From Rhynchopus sp. YZ270_cl-10 (taxonomy: Eukaryota), in assembly GCA_964035575.1 (NCBI GenBank), contig OZ037837.1:1798001-1862000 (forward strand): DNA of 64,000 bases, given 5' to 3'. Below the pieces are notes generated by a model, which searched no databases, was not told the DNA's origin, and saw nothing but the letters and a program-made list of their open reading frames with translations. Both the position numbers and the translations under genes were made by a program. Shown one piece after another: positions 37,705-49,464 of this stretch; the stretch's first letter is position 1; every line of letters starts with the position of its first letter.

Positions 37705-39872
37705 AAAAAAGGGGGCAATAAAATCAAAACATCGCAAATATGAATTTTTCGGAGCGATCTGAAGAAATTGTATTGGGTCGGACATATTTTTTTTTAGTGG
37801 AGTTTAAGCCAGTACCCACACTCGTTTTCATGATCCTCATCTCCAACCCAACTGCTCCCGCTTCGCGACTGTGAAGCAGCGAACAGACACTGATTTCTTC
37901 AGCTCCGGGAAACCCACAAACCATCAAAACCCAACAAAAAGAAAGAAAAAAACAGTTAGTGGAGCACACTCTAGCCTAGACCTAGGGTGGCCACACTAAT
38001 ACAACCAAGTTTTCAAAAAAAACATACTTGCAAAAAATACCCACCTTGCATCACTGCTCCCTCTCTCTCTCTCTTTCTCTCTCTCTCTCCCCCTTCCCCT
38101 TTTTGTTGTTCATCGATGTTATATCGATAATGGCCCCTCTGTGTTCAGGGGGCCTCACTTCCCCTCCCTCTCTCTCCCCCCCACGAGAATATTTTGTGCT
38201 TTCATCCAGATGACTGGCATCGTACACAGTCGACCAGTCGGAAACGGGGCATTGGGGTGTACCATTTGATAAGCAATGGTATTTCAAGTATAGGTGAGGT
38301 CACGACACCTTCCCCCCTTTTTTTTTCCCAGTTGTATGTGCACGTTTTAAGGAACCTTTTTTAGGTCCCCACTTATGAAGTCAGGCCAGTGTCCTTAGAG
38401 GGACTCCTAAACGGTACTGCCACACCCTGAGGGGGAGGTGTGCTGTCTGTATACTATGTGGCAACAACGGGGAGGTGACCTCCGTATGTCGGCAATCCGT
38501 GAGTAGTAGACGTGGGAAATGGCACCAACCGGGACACAGTCCTGGGTTTACTCTAGATTGAATATGAAAAAAAAAAAAAAAAAAAACAAGCAGCCACACT
38601 GCGACAACAACGCTAAGGTGACGAGAGGCGAACATCAAAGCATTTTTTTTTAAACCCACAACAACATACAAATCACAACAAAATATCACCAACTTCATAT
38701 TCACCCCATTCACACCCCCTTTGCTGTGCCTGTACCTTAAGGGGGCACCAACACAAGGGTATTGTATTAACCAGTGCCTGCGTCCACCGGTGTACGGTGA
38801 GGCGTTTGCACTTTCTCTTTCGCTCCCCCCCCTCCACACACAGTAAGCGTTTAGTGCAACTATACTAAACGCGATGCATGAGCACATTCACCCTTAGAAC
38901 GGTGAGGTGTTTGCACTTTCCCTTTTTTTTTCGAGAAGCATTTTTTTCTTCTTGCAGCTCATCACCCCGTACTAAACTCTTCTCCGAAGCTATTTGTTTT
39001 TTCACAGAAAGCCACATATCCAGGAATTTTTTTTTTTTGAAGAAAGAAGGAGTTGGTCCACCAGCAACTCCTCTTTGGTTTGTTTTTTTTTTGTGGCAAA
39101 AAAGGAAACAAATACTAATAAAAAGTGGAGATTTGCACAACTGTGGCAACACAACCGAGGCAACTACACTACAACAATTTATCAACAAAAAAAAAAAAAG
39201 CAAAATTCAAGACTGTCAAAAAAAGGCAGCTACACTAATACAACAAACAGGCATATTACTCAGTCACCATATTTGGGAAGAAAGCGATACGGCGAAAGCA
39301 CATCACTTTAAAGTGGCTCCAAAAAAACGGGCATATTGTAGCTGATCTATGCAATGTTATATGGGTGAATCATTTATGCTAAGGTGACTAAGCACGAGAG
39401 GCTTAGGATCATCTTATAAACTTTTCTTTATTTTTAGTGTCACGTGAGACGATTCTTTGTAGCCTCTCTCTTTTATTTTCTCTCCGTCCCCACCCCCCCC
39501 TAAAGCAAGAAGCCTGATCTAAAGGTGGCTGCCATTACTTTAAAGTGACAGTCTGTCTGTGTGACTTGCTGGTGCACGCCCTTGTGTCCCCCCCTTAGCG
39601 TGGCAAATACAATGTACAGTAATACAACAAACGGTGGGGTAAAAAACTAAGGTGTATTTTTGGTTTTTCAAAACTCTGAGGAGAGGTTTTTACCCCCACC
39701 GATGTTGTCTTACTGTACATTTAGGGTACTGTCCATGGCACGTCAACTGAAACCTCAACTCGCCATGCGCATACCAGAAGGGACACGTGGCAGCAATCAA
39801 CTTTTTCCACAGCGACTTTGTATTTTTTTTGGCTACATTCTTGTTCGCCTTTCTCTCTCTTTTTTATTTCTC

Positions 39873-42751
39873 CATGGGTAGTATCTGGATCCAGTTCCAG
39901 GTGATTCCAGGTTTCTCAGATTTTTCGTGAAATTCCAGGTTTTTTCCAGGTATTCCAGGTGATTCCAGGTCAATTCCAGGTAATTCCAGGTGGGTTTAAG
40001 CAGAAATCTGCACGCAACACAAACACACATTCCGATCTGGAAGTGTGGACGATGACAAAACACTCGGTTTTTTACACTGCTGCTTCCACTGCTGAGGGTG
40101 CTGTCGCTGCCACTGACACTGGAACTGCTGCCGCTGGAACTGCTGCTGCTGTTGTCTACCCTCTTCCTTTTCTGTTCCCTCTGTTTCACCGCAATCTTTT
40201 TCACTTGCGTGATCATTGCGTTTGGTTTCCTCCCCATGGTTTTTGTTGTTCTCTCTACACAGTGTACTGAATAGGAAGAGAACTCGGGGATAGAGGGGAG
40301 TGAGCGCTTCAGCGACAATGGCAAAGACTAAAAAACGAAAGGTTTTTGGGGTAAGGACATTCTGGTACCCCCAAGTTTGACTTTTGGACAATTCAGACCC
40401 ACAAGGTTTCGATAAAGACAATTCAGACCCACAAGGTTTACGATAAAGACAGTTCAAACCCACAAGGTTTACGATAAAGACACTTCAGAACCACAAGGTT
40501 TGCATTTTGGACAGTTCAACCCCACAAGGTTTGCACTTTGGACAGTTCAGACCTTGTGGGTCTGAACTGTCCAAAATGCAAACCTTGTGGGTCTGAAGTG
40601 TCCAAAATTCAAACCTTGTGGTCTGAAGTGTCCAAAATACAAACCTTGTGGTTCTGAACTGTCCAAAAGTCAAACCTTGTTGTTCTGAACTGTCCAAAAG
40701 TCAAACCTTGTACGTGTTTTCTTCTTCTAAGGTGCTTGCTCTCCATACCTAGACCCTCGAATTTTTTTTCTTGACCCCATACATATGGGTGCATTTCGAC
40801 GATTTGAGGCCATTCAAAGCAAAAGTTGGCACTTTTGAGCATCTGCGGGGGTCTAAAGCACGGTTTTGCGTACACCACGCTGGATGATAGGGGTCACATG
40901 ATAGGTCACATCATGTGGCCATATATCAAGTTACACCGCAAAAATCTACCAGACCCTGTCTTCGTACAACGCCGCAGACAGGCCAAACATGCGTTGGACT
41001 CAGAGGAATGCCTGCTGTGCAGGTATCAAACATGAGAACCAACTCCCAGCAACAAGGGGCGCCTTTTGGCAGGCGTTGTTGAGGGTGTTTGGGGTGCAAA
41101 GTTTTCCACAATTTTGATGCGCGGGTACAGAAGCGTTGTCTTGTTCTTTCATCTCTAGGAAGTTAAATGTTCAATCGCGTTTAACTACCACTAGTCTAGG
41201 GCTTGTTCAGTGAACCCACGAGGGGTCGAAGGGGGTTGGTTATCCCATATCTATCAAAGGTTGTGTCGACCAGGCGAATCCACTATGTTACGCTGTACGT
41301 TGTTAAATCCGAAGAAATAACAACAGTGCATATGGCAGCGTCCGCAAACCACCCCCCCTTAAAGGTTATTATCAACTGCAGGAAGTTTGTTAAAAAGAGT
41401 GCCTCACGCTACACAAACCACCACCCGCGATTGACTTAGATGATAACTAGAGAATTCAGAACAAAACAACACCCTGCCCCATACACACTAAATTGTCATG
41501 CTCAAGAGCATGCCTGGGCCAAAATTACTGTGACACAAAAGGCAACAATACTACCCACAAGGAGTGTGAAATGTGCACTGGTTTTCTGGGGGAACGCAAT
41601 ATTTTATTGTGCCTCGTCCTCCGCGAGCAGAGGACAGACTTTCCGGAAAGTTTCCAAAGGTCGAATTTCTTGCACTAGCCATGCTCCCTGGGTTAAATGG
41701 CAATAGCAGTGACTGACTTCTGAGAGAAACAGGGCACTTGAAACCCAATTTTCATTATTTTGGTGTAATCCTGTGAGGGATGGGTGGGGAGGTGTGGGTG
41801 TGGGTGGGTGAAAAAAGGTGCACGAAGACAGGGTCTGGTAGATTTTTGCGGTGTAACTTGATATATGGCCACATGATGTGACCTATCATGTGACCCCTAT
41901 CATCCAGCGTGGTGTACGCAAAACCGTGCTTTAGACCCCCGCAGATGCTCAAAAGTGCCAACTTTTGCTTTGAATGGCCTCAAATCGTCGAAATGCACCC
42001 ATATGTATGGGGTCAAGAAAAAAAATTCGAGGGTCTAGGTATGGAGAGCAAGCACCTTAGAAGAAGAAAACACGTACAAGGTTTGACTTTTGGACAGTTC
42101 AGAACAACAAGGTTTGACTTTTGGACAGTTCAGAACCACAAGGTTTGTATTTTGGACACTTCAGACCACAAGGTTTGAATTTTGGACACTTCAGACCCAC
42201 AAGGTTTGCATTTTGGACAGTTCAGACCCACAAGGTCTGAACTGTCCAAAGTGCAAACCTTGTGGGGTTGAACTGTCCAAAATGCAAACCTTGTGGTTCT
42301 GAAGTGTCTTTATCGTAAACCTTGTGGGTTTGAACTGTCTTTATCGTAAACCTTGTGGGTCTGAATTGTCTTTATCGAAACCTTGTGGGTCTGAATTGTC
42401 CAAAAGTCAAACTTGGGGGTACCAGAATGTCCTTACCCCAAGGTTTTTTAGAATTTCCATCACATGGTGTTCCGGAGGGGGCCAAGATTGACATGTCCTT
42501 GACAGTGGGGGTCCACTTTATAATTTGTGCGGGTTATTTTGGCCGGGAAATGTGCATCTTCCAAAAACACCGGCATTTGCATTTTTGGAATCTGTCTGTC
42601 CAGTAGTGGGGTCACTTTGCCAAAATGGACAAATTCTTGGTACATACGTGAAGACACCAGTAAAAAAGCCTAATTCCAGAAAAAATCCAGATCTGGAATA
42701 CCTGGAATTTTTCTGGAATTACCTGGAATCTGGATCCAGATACTACCCATG
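39873..42751. mobile_element. CATGG-ended non-autonomous DNA transposon with 6-bp TSD, host of the foldback element
   Basis: TIR CATGGGTAGTATCTGGATCCAG; TTTCTC at 39867-72 and 42752-57; subterminal TTCCAGG repeats. Confidence 0.85.
40348..42439. mobile_element. Foldback/Mutator-type (MULE) element, 2092 bp, with 618-bp TIRs
   Basis: Arms 40348-40965 and 41822-42439 appear to be exact inverted copies, starting GGGGTAAGGACATT; 9-bp TSD AAGGTTTTT (40339-47, 42440-48); arms contain about 29-30-bp tandem units (TTTGGACAGTTCAGACCCACAAGGTTTG) in both orientations. Confidence 0.92.
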
Positions 42752-42976
42752 TTTCTCTTTTTTCTTCCCACTTTTTCTCTCTCCGTACAAAACAAACCAT
42801 ACTTTTTTTTGAATTGATGTTGTTTGAAGGTGCCCACTTACACGGTATTATATTAACTATTGTGATCAAAGATGACTATAAGCAACGGGTGGCTAAGGTT
42901 CTCATAACCCTTTCTTTGTTTTTTGCCTTTTTGTTTGCACTTTCAACTTCTCTTTTTTTTTTTGTACCCCCCCGAC

Positions 42977-43616
42977 CAGGGTAGTAGCTTGAAAGGTGCA
43001 CTTTTCAAGTGTTGCTGGTTTGCTGGTTTAGAAAAAAATTTTCCCCGGTTGAAAGCGGTCGTCGCGCGCTTCGCGCGCGCCTCCCTGCCAACCACTGAGT
43101 GGAGAGGCAAAGGGTAAATTTTGCGAGACAACAAAGAAAATGGAATATAATCCTGTGTTTACGGCGCTTGGTCTTGCACCTTCCACTAACTGTACAAAGT
43201 CAATACGTCTTCCAGAAGCAGGGCTGTTGCAACGGTGGGTCATTTTGAAAAAATGGTCAACTTTTTGCAGCTTTGGTCAAGTTGCATTTGCGGCTGCAAA
43301 ATACAAGGGGATTCCCTGAGACATTGTAAACTCTATTTTTTGCGGAGCAAAAAATTAATATAAAGTGGCGCCGCAGGCGAAAAAAAAATTAGGGCATAAT
43401 GCAAAACATGCAGCTTTTTACACCACAGAGTCACTTAATGAACCCTTTTTAGGGGTTCGCTTACGTGTGAGGCTTTCTTCTGTGAGTGGGAAAGTGGTGC
43501 GGGGGAGGCGAAAAACTGAATCCCGAATCCCACTTTTTTTTTTTATTTTTCCCCAAACCAGTAAACCAGCTCGTTCTGGTTTTGAAACCAGCAAAAGTAC
43601 CCAAGCTATTTCCCTG
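42977..43616. mobile_element. Non-autonomous hAT-like element, 640 bp
   Basis: TIR CAGGG(TAG/AAA)TAGCTTG; 8-bp TSD CCCCCGAC (42969-76, 43617-24); internal module shared with 19730-20381. Confidence 0.88.
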
Positions 43617-43691
43617 CCCCCGACCCCATTTGCCATCACACACTATTTCACTCTCCCCACACAACAATCCGTCGAAAGAATAAATAAAAAT

Positions 43692-43989
43692 CAGGCACTC
43701 CGCTAGGTACTAAAGTTCTGTTGATTGTCAACAGAACTTTTTGAAAATGGGGAAAAAAAGAAGAAAAAAAAAAGTTCTGCTAAGTGGTTCAGACCCGTTC
43801 TACCTGTCAAAAAAGCTCAGGAGAAGAAGATATGGAGAGGTGAGTGCTCAAACGTCCCAAAAAAGTCAAAATCGGGCGTTGGTAAAAAAAAAAGTTGCGT
43901 ACCGTGCGCCTGCGGCGCAAGCATGTACCCCACCAACGTGGACCATCAACAGAATATTTTCAAAATCGAAAATCCTAGCGGAGAGCCTG
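43692..43989. mobile_element. CAGG-ended MITE, 298 bp, 9-bp TSD
   Basis: TIR CAGGC(A/T)CTCCGCTAGG; AATAAAAAT at 43683-91 and 43990-98. Confidence 0.8.
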
Positions 43990-44832
43990 AATAAAAATGG
44001 CAAAAAAAAAAAAAAAATATGTGCACACATCCTCTTATGTGCCTATATTCTCTCCCCGGTGTTTACATTACTGAATGTAGGTTGTATTAGTATTTTTTGG
44101 TTCAAGGTTCCAAATTCCCCCAGGAGGAACTGTTCACCAAGATGTTCTTTTAATCCCGTACTGTTCGGACCACAAATACCAAAAAATATTTTTTTTTGAG
44201 TTTCTTTTTTACGTACAAAACATGTGTTGTAGTCCACCAGAACGGATCATTTTTTTTTGCAACTGACGCGCTGGAGAGGCCCTGGCCAAACATGGCGTGT
44301 TAGGGGAAATATATTCGTCGCACAGATTAGATCAGAGACCCCACCCGATATGTTTTTCATTTTACCTCTTTTGTGCTCCGCCACCGACACTCCCATTTTC
44401 TGTACTTCAGGCAATAATCATATACCATCACACACTGACATAGTCCGCGTGTGCTGGAAACAATCAATTTTTTCAAAAAAAAAAAAAGTGGAAGCGTGCA
44501 ATGCAACAAACGGTCGAGATCTGATCAAGCGAAACGGATATATTTTTTGTGACAACCCAGTTGCCTAAGAAAATACCAATGACTGCTATTTTGGCTTTGA
44601 AATGAATTTTTGCTTTGTTAACAGGGCATTCGCAACAGGGCTTACATAACAGCCCCCCCTTTTTTTTTTTGTGATTTTCAAAAAAAAATACTGGGGCAAC
44701 TCGGTAAAATTTGGAAAAATATCAGAAAAATGCGAGCGCACCTTTTAATTATTCAAAAGCATTTCATTTGGACTTGCGAGGTACTTGCGAATTTATTTAT
44801 TTTGTTTGTGATAGTTAGCTGTAGACTTACCC

Positions 44833-46140
44833 CAGGGGTCCTAAGAGTGGTAACTTTTACCACTTCTGAAGTGACCTTTTTTATTTTTTTGAAATCCGAA
44901 GGTCACTTCGAAGTGACCTTCGAAAAGTGCCCTAAAAAGTGACCTTCCCCTTTTTTATTTTTTGAAATCCGGTGTCACTTCGTGACCTCGGATGCTTAAC
45001 ATACACGGGAACACGTTGGATCTTGTTCTTTGCGAATCTTATTTGAGCATGATTCGGGTCCGGGAATTTTTTTTCTTTTTTTGCCAAGATCAGGGGTTAA
45101 GTTAGCTTTTTTTTTTCTCGCTGAGTCGGGTTTTCTGGGTTTTTTTCGGTTTTTCTGGATTTTGCGAAAAATAACCCATTCCCTCCGCGAGCGCAGCGAG
45201 CGGGAAAATTTTTAAGGTGCACCTCCGCGAGCGTAGCGAGCGGAAAAAAAATTCCGCAATTTTTGGGCAAAGTTCAAAAATCCCACCAAAAAATGGGGGG
45301 ACCCTGGGGATTTTTGGATTTGTCCTAACAATTTTGGAGCATAAATTTGAAGAACAGGACTGGTGTACCCCTCACCAACCTCAGTTCCCACTTCCTGCCT
45401 CATCCGCACTCTCGCAACACCAGTACTGAACCCGAAGTTCGCCAGAGATCCCTGTTGCCTCTTCGTATGAATAATTCCCAGTTCTGACGGGGGGTTTGTT
45501 TGGGTCGGGAGGATATTTTTTTTTCTTAGAGGGTGGGGCGGGAGGGGGCTCCGCCCCCACCCCTACCCCACCTTCCCAGCCTACACCACCCAAAAATTTG
45601 GATTCTTTTTTTTTCTTTTCAGATTCCAATTTTTTTTTTTTTTTTTGAAAAACCCGAAAACCGGGTTTTGAAAACCCAGAAACCCGCCCTAACTTAACCC
45701 CTGGCCAAGATCAGTGGTCTGCAGGGCTTGCCACAATGTATAATTTTCGCGCAATTTTTGAAATGTTGCGTACCGTGGCTTCGCCAGGAACCTTTGGGTG
45801 CTGTAACCGCCGTTTATTTTATAAATGCACTGAGGTTACTGATACGAAGGCTGACACCCACTACGGCTTGTGGATCACCAGTGGCTACCAAGCTATTAAG
45901 GCTGCAGAGGAGGGGAGACCTGGGGGAGACCAGGCTTTCCGCAGGTTGGTCTGATGATACGGCGATAACCAACGGCTTCCCAGTGTGTATGTCCGAGGAT
46001 TTGCACCTTTGCAACGACACTTTTTTTGTTGTTACCATACCGCCTCTGAGGGGGGAAATTTTTTTTTTCCCCTCAAAAAACGAAAAGTGACCTTGAAGTT
46101 ACCATTTTTATTATTTTTGAGAACAGCGTTAGGACCCCTG
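44833..46140. mobile_element. Non-autonomous hAT-like element containing nested element 45091-45703
   Basis: TIR CAGGGGTCCTAA; 8-bp TSD ACTTACCC (44825-32, 46141-48); AAGTGACCTT subterminal repeats. Confidence 0.87.
45091..45703. mobile_element. Non-autonomous hAT-like element, 613 bp
   Basis: TIR CAGGGGTTAAGTTAG; 8-bp TSD GCCAAGAT (45083-90, 45704-11). Confidence 0.9.
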
Positions 46141-47717
46141 ACTTACCCTCCCCCTTTTTTTTTTATCACTTCATTTTTCCTGAAATTTTTGTGGGGTTTG
46201 GGTTTAAATGCCACCTAATACCACAGAAAAAATTCCACAAAATTCCACAAAATTCCACAAAATGTCAGGCAAAGTCAGGTGGTGTTTTCTTTTGTGTACT
46301 TGAACTTTGAATACAACAAATATATACAGATCCTAAGGGATACTGGGAGATTTTGTTTTGTTCTCCTGCATTGTAGTAAAGGTGAATGCACCAGGTGCAG
46401 GAAGAAAAAAAAAAACGGTACGCATTTTTATATTTTTCAAACTTTTCTCTCTTTCTTGCAGTGCTCCACGCGCGTGTTTGTTGTAGAGCTGTGCTCTATC
46501 ATAAGTAATGTCTTTATGTTAGTGTGTGACAGCACATTTTTATATTGTGATTTTTTCCCCGTGGATGTGCCAGTGCCTGCATCCCAGAGGTTTGCACTAT
46601 CAACTTCAACAGGTCAGTGCAATGACTATCATACGGTAGCTGGCTTGAGGTGAAACCCCAACCAGGCAAGCCCGACATATGCACTTTTTTTTATAACTCC
46701 ATCTTTCGAAAATATTATCTTAATCTTTGTATACGTTATCCTCATGACGTCATTGAGTCATGGATGGAAACCATGCTTTTTTTGTTCGCTGTGGACCTGT
46801 ACACCTTCTATGTCGTTCTCCGACCGACCGTGTGCATGCCAATGAAGTGCTCTCTGGGTTTGATCTCCCGCTGAGAGTTGTCTTGTTTATGAACTGTGCA
46901 AGGCGTTTTACACTTTCAGCAAAAGTCCCAACTAAACAAAAGATGAACGGAGTTTTTAATATTTTTTTGTAGAAATGCAGTTCCTATGTCCCCGCCGCTT
47001 GAACGGTGAGGAGGTTTGCAATTTCTTATTGAACTGTGCAGATATCCTTTTTTTCGTGTTGCTTCTTTTTTCCTTTTCGGTTTCTTTTGTTTACTTCAAG
47101 TGTCCTTTTTTTGATGAAGTTTTGCGATGATGGAAAAATGGAAAAGGGTTTAAAATAAAATACTGCGAACGAGACCCATAAAAACAGACATTACGTTTCA
47201 CATGTGGTACGAGGGGATTCTCTGTGATTAAATTTGAGATTTATTTGAGTTTATTTTGGGGCTTATTTTCGAAGATTTTCTTTTTGAATACTTTTTTCGC
47301 CGTTTCCATCAATACCGCAGACCAATGGATTCATTTCATTTCCTTGGATCCCCCCGATGAATGTTTCATCCCTCCTTTTTTTTTTTATGTTAGAGTTCAA
47401 ACGCAGTTGACAGGGGAAATGCTACGGTCGCTCTAACTGTTTTCATGTCCTCCTTTCTCACACGTCCCTTTTTCTTCTTCTTTTGCTGCCCTTTTTTTTT
47501 TCGCGTTTTTTTGAAACAAATAGAAAAGGATCTGTGTGTATCTCAATAGATCATACTTTGTGCTTTCTCTTCTTTGATTTGAAAGTATATGAAATCTATT
47601 TCTGTTTATGTTATTTCCCTTTTTCAATAAAAGCTCTCTCTTTTTCTTTGCGTACAATCGGAAAATAAGATTGTGCGCATTTTGCGGTAAAACTTTAGTG
47701 GCATGTTTAAAATTTTT

Positions 47718-47872
47718 ACGCACACTACTTTGTGAGCGGAAAGTGTCACGTCGTTCACTCACCCAACCGTGCTCCGCAACACCACCACCCAACAGGTGAT
47801 TTTTAGTGTGTGTGGAAGCGTCAACGCATCAAACAACTACAAGAAGGGGGGTGAGGGAACGACAAGTGACAC
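47718..47872 (-). mobile_element. 155-bp Helentron-like element, copy 3
   Basis: Identical to 9762-9916; T-run insertion site. Confidence 0.75.
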
Positions 47873-49464
47873 TTTTTTAAAAAAAAAGTAACGGTAAGTC
47901 TTCTCTAGACCTCAAAGCAAAAAAATACCCTTTTTTTGTCTCCTACGTGAGAGTGTTTTCTTGGGTTGCGGACCAACTTAACAACAAAAAAAACGGGGGC
48001 CTGGTATTCTATCTTCTAATTAAGAGAATTTATCTAGTTTGCGGACGTCCCTTAGCTGCATCGGCTCTGTCGACCGGAGGTATTTCCCTCGGAAAACCTA
48101 CTGCAGTTAGAGGTAAGACCAGTAAGAGAAAGTCGCAGTCTGTCGATTCACGACTCTGTGTGCTGCATAAGATGACGTCCCATGGTGTGAAGCTGTTGAA
48201 CATTAGAAAAATATGCGAAAAACGTATTGAGCAAAAAGCCGTTCGAAAGGCATGTGTAGCTCTATGTACTGCAAAAGTATTATGAAAACCGATACTTTTT
48301 TTTTTAATCACTCACAGCAAAAAAAATAACAACCAGAACCAGAACCAGAAAAACAGCTCGTTCCATCGCTAGAGATACAGTCCAACAATAAGTTGGTATT
48401 CCAAATGAGTTTTAGGAGTTTCTTTTTTGGGGCAATTTGGCGTCATTGTTGGGACTCCAAAACATATTTGGACTACTGTATGAGATGTACCTTAGTCTTA
48501 CAATTTTGCTTTTTATTTTTTTGTCCGTTTTTATTTTCTCTTTTCGTTTAAACTCTTTTTCTTTGTGCATATGCGTGTGCTTGTCGTCTCTTTTAGTGCA
48601 CACATTTTACGTGCAATCATTTTTGAACTCCGAATACGCAGGCATAAATGCTGGAACTTTACAAAAGTACTAAGTTGTTGCAAAAAATGGAACAGTCCAA
48701 CATTTTTTGCGTGTATGGTATCTTAGTTAGGACAGGTGTGTGCTCCCTTATTCATCCGCCCGTTTTTTTTTCTTCTTCTTTCAGTGCCTGCGTCCACAGA
48801 GCTTACACCTTCCATTTTGTTTGTTTTACTTAGTAGTGTCGTATCCAGGAATCCAGATTTCAAGGAAACGCTTCAAAAAAAAGCTAGCTGAACATCTGGG
48901 GTCGGGGGTCATTGACCCCCGACCCTCCTGGAAGACGCTGCTTGGTATTGTTCTTTTTTGCTCTGCTGAAGCAGTGGCTGCGCGTCTTGGCCTGTTGGGA
49001 CTATCCTGACCTTGGTCCCGGTTGGTGCCTTTTTTTTTTACTCCACATCAAGTGTACCAGTGCCCCTGATGTTGTTGGGACAGTGTATTTACTTATTTTT
49101 AAAGGGACACAAACGGTATGGACACCACTCCTGAGCAGAGAGGGGGCACAGGCAGCACACCTTTCCCCGGGGTGTGCGCAGTGACCCCTGTTTGGTTGGG
49201 TTACTGGTCTTACTTTTGGTCCTGGGCAAGGCCCTTAGAGGTTTTCCACTGGGTTTTTATTGACGCAAATTACCATTCCCTGTATGTGCAAGAAAAAAAA
49301 GGTTTCCCCTTTCCCCTCCATATCTTGTTTGTATTAAAATAATCCGATATTGAAAAAGCCGCAACAGCTTGAGGAGCGTTGAACGGACCCTTATTTCTTT
49401 AACCAAAAACACCCAACCCCTTCCAGACACCCCTGCACCCCCCCACCTCTTCGAAACACACAAT

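Noticed and set aside
40383..40710. About 30-bp repeats as a CRISPR array
   Set aside because: Contiguous tandem units without spacers, lying inside a TIR.
40485..42302. Duplicated ORF pairs on opposite strands (40609/41909, 40826/41755)
   Set aside because: Mirror images produced by the 618-bp TIRs; no transposase motifs.
1332..42905. Hairpin families as SECIS, snoRNAs or hammerhead ribozymes
   Set aside because: No GA/GA quartet with apical AA, no C/D boxes, too short for a pseudouridylation pocket, and no CUGANGA/GAAA core (CTGATGA at about 7845, 16074 and 45951 lacks the remaining helices).
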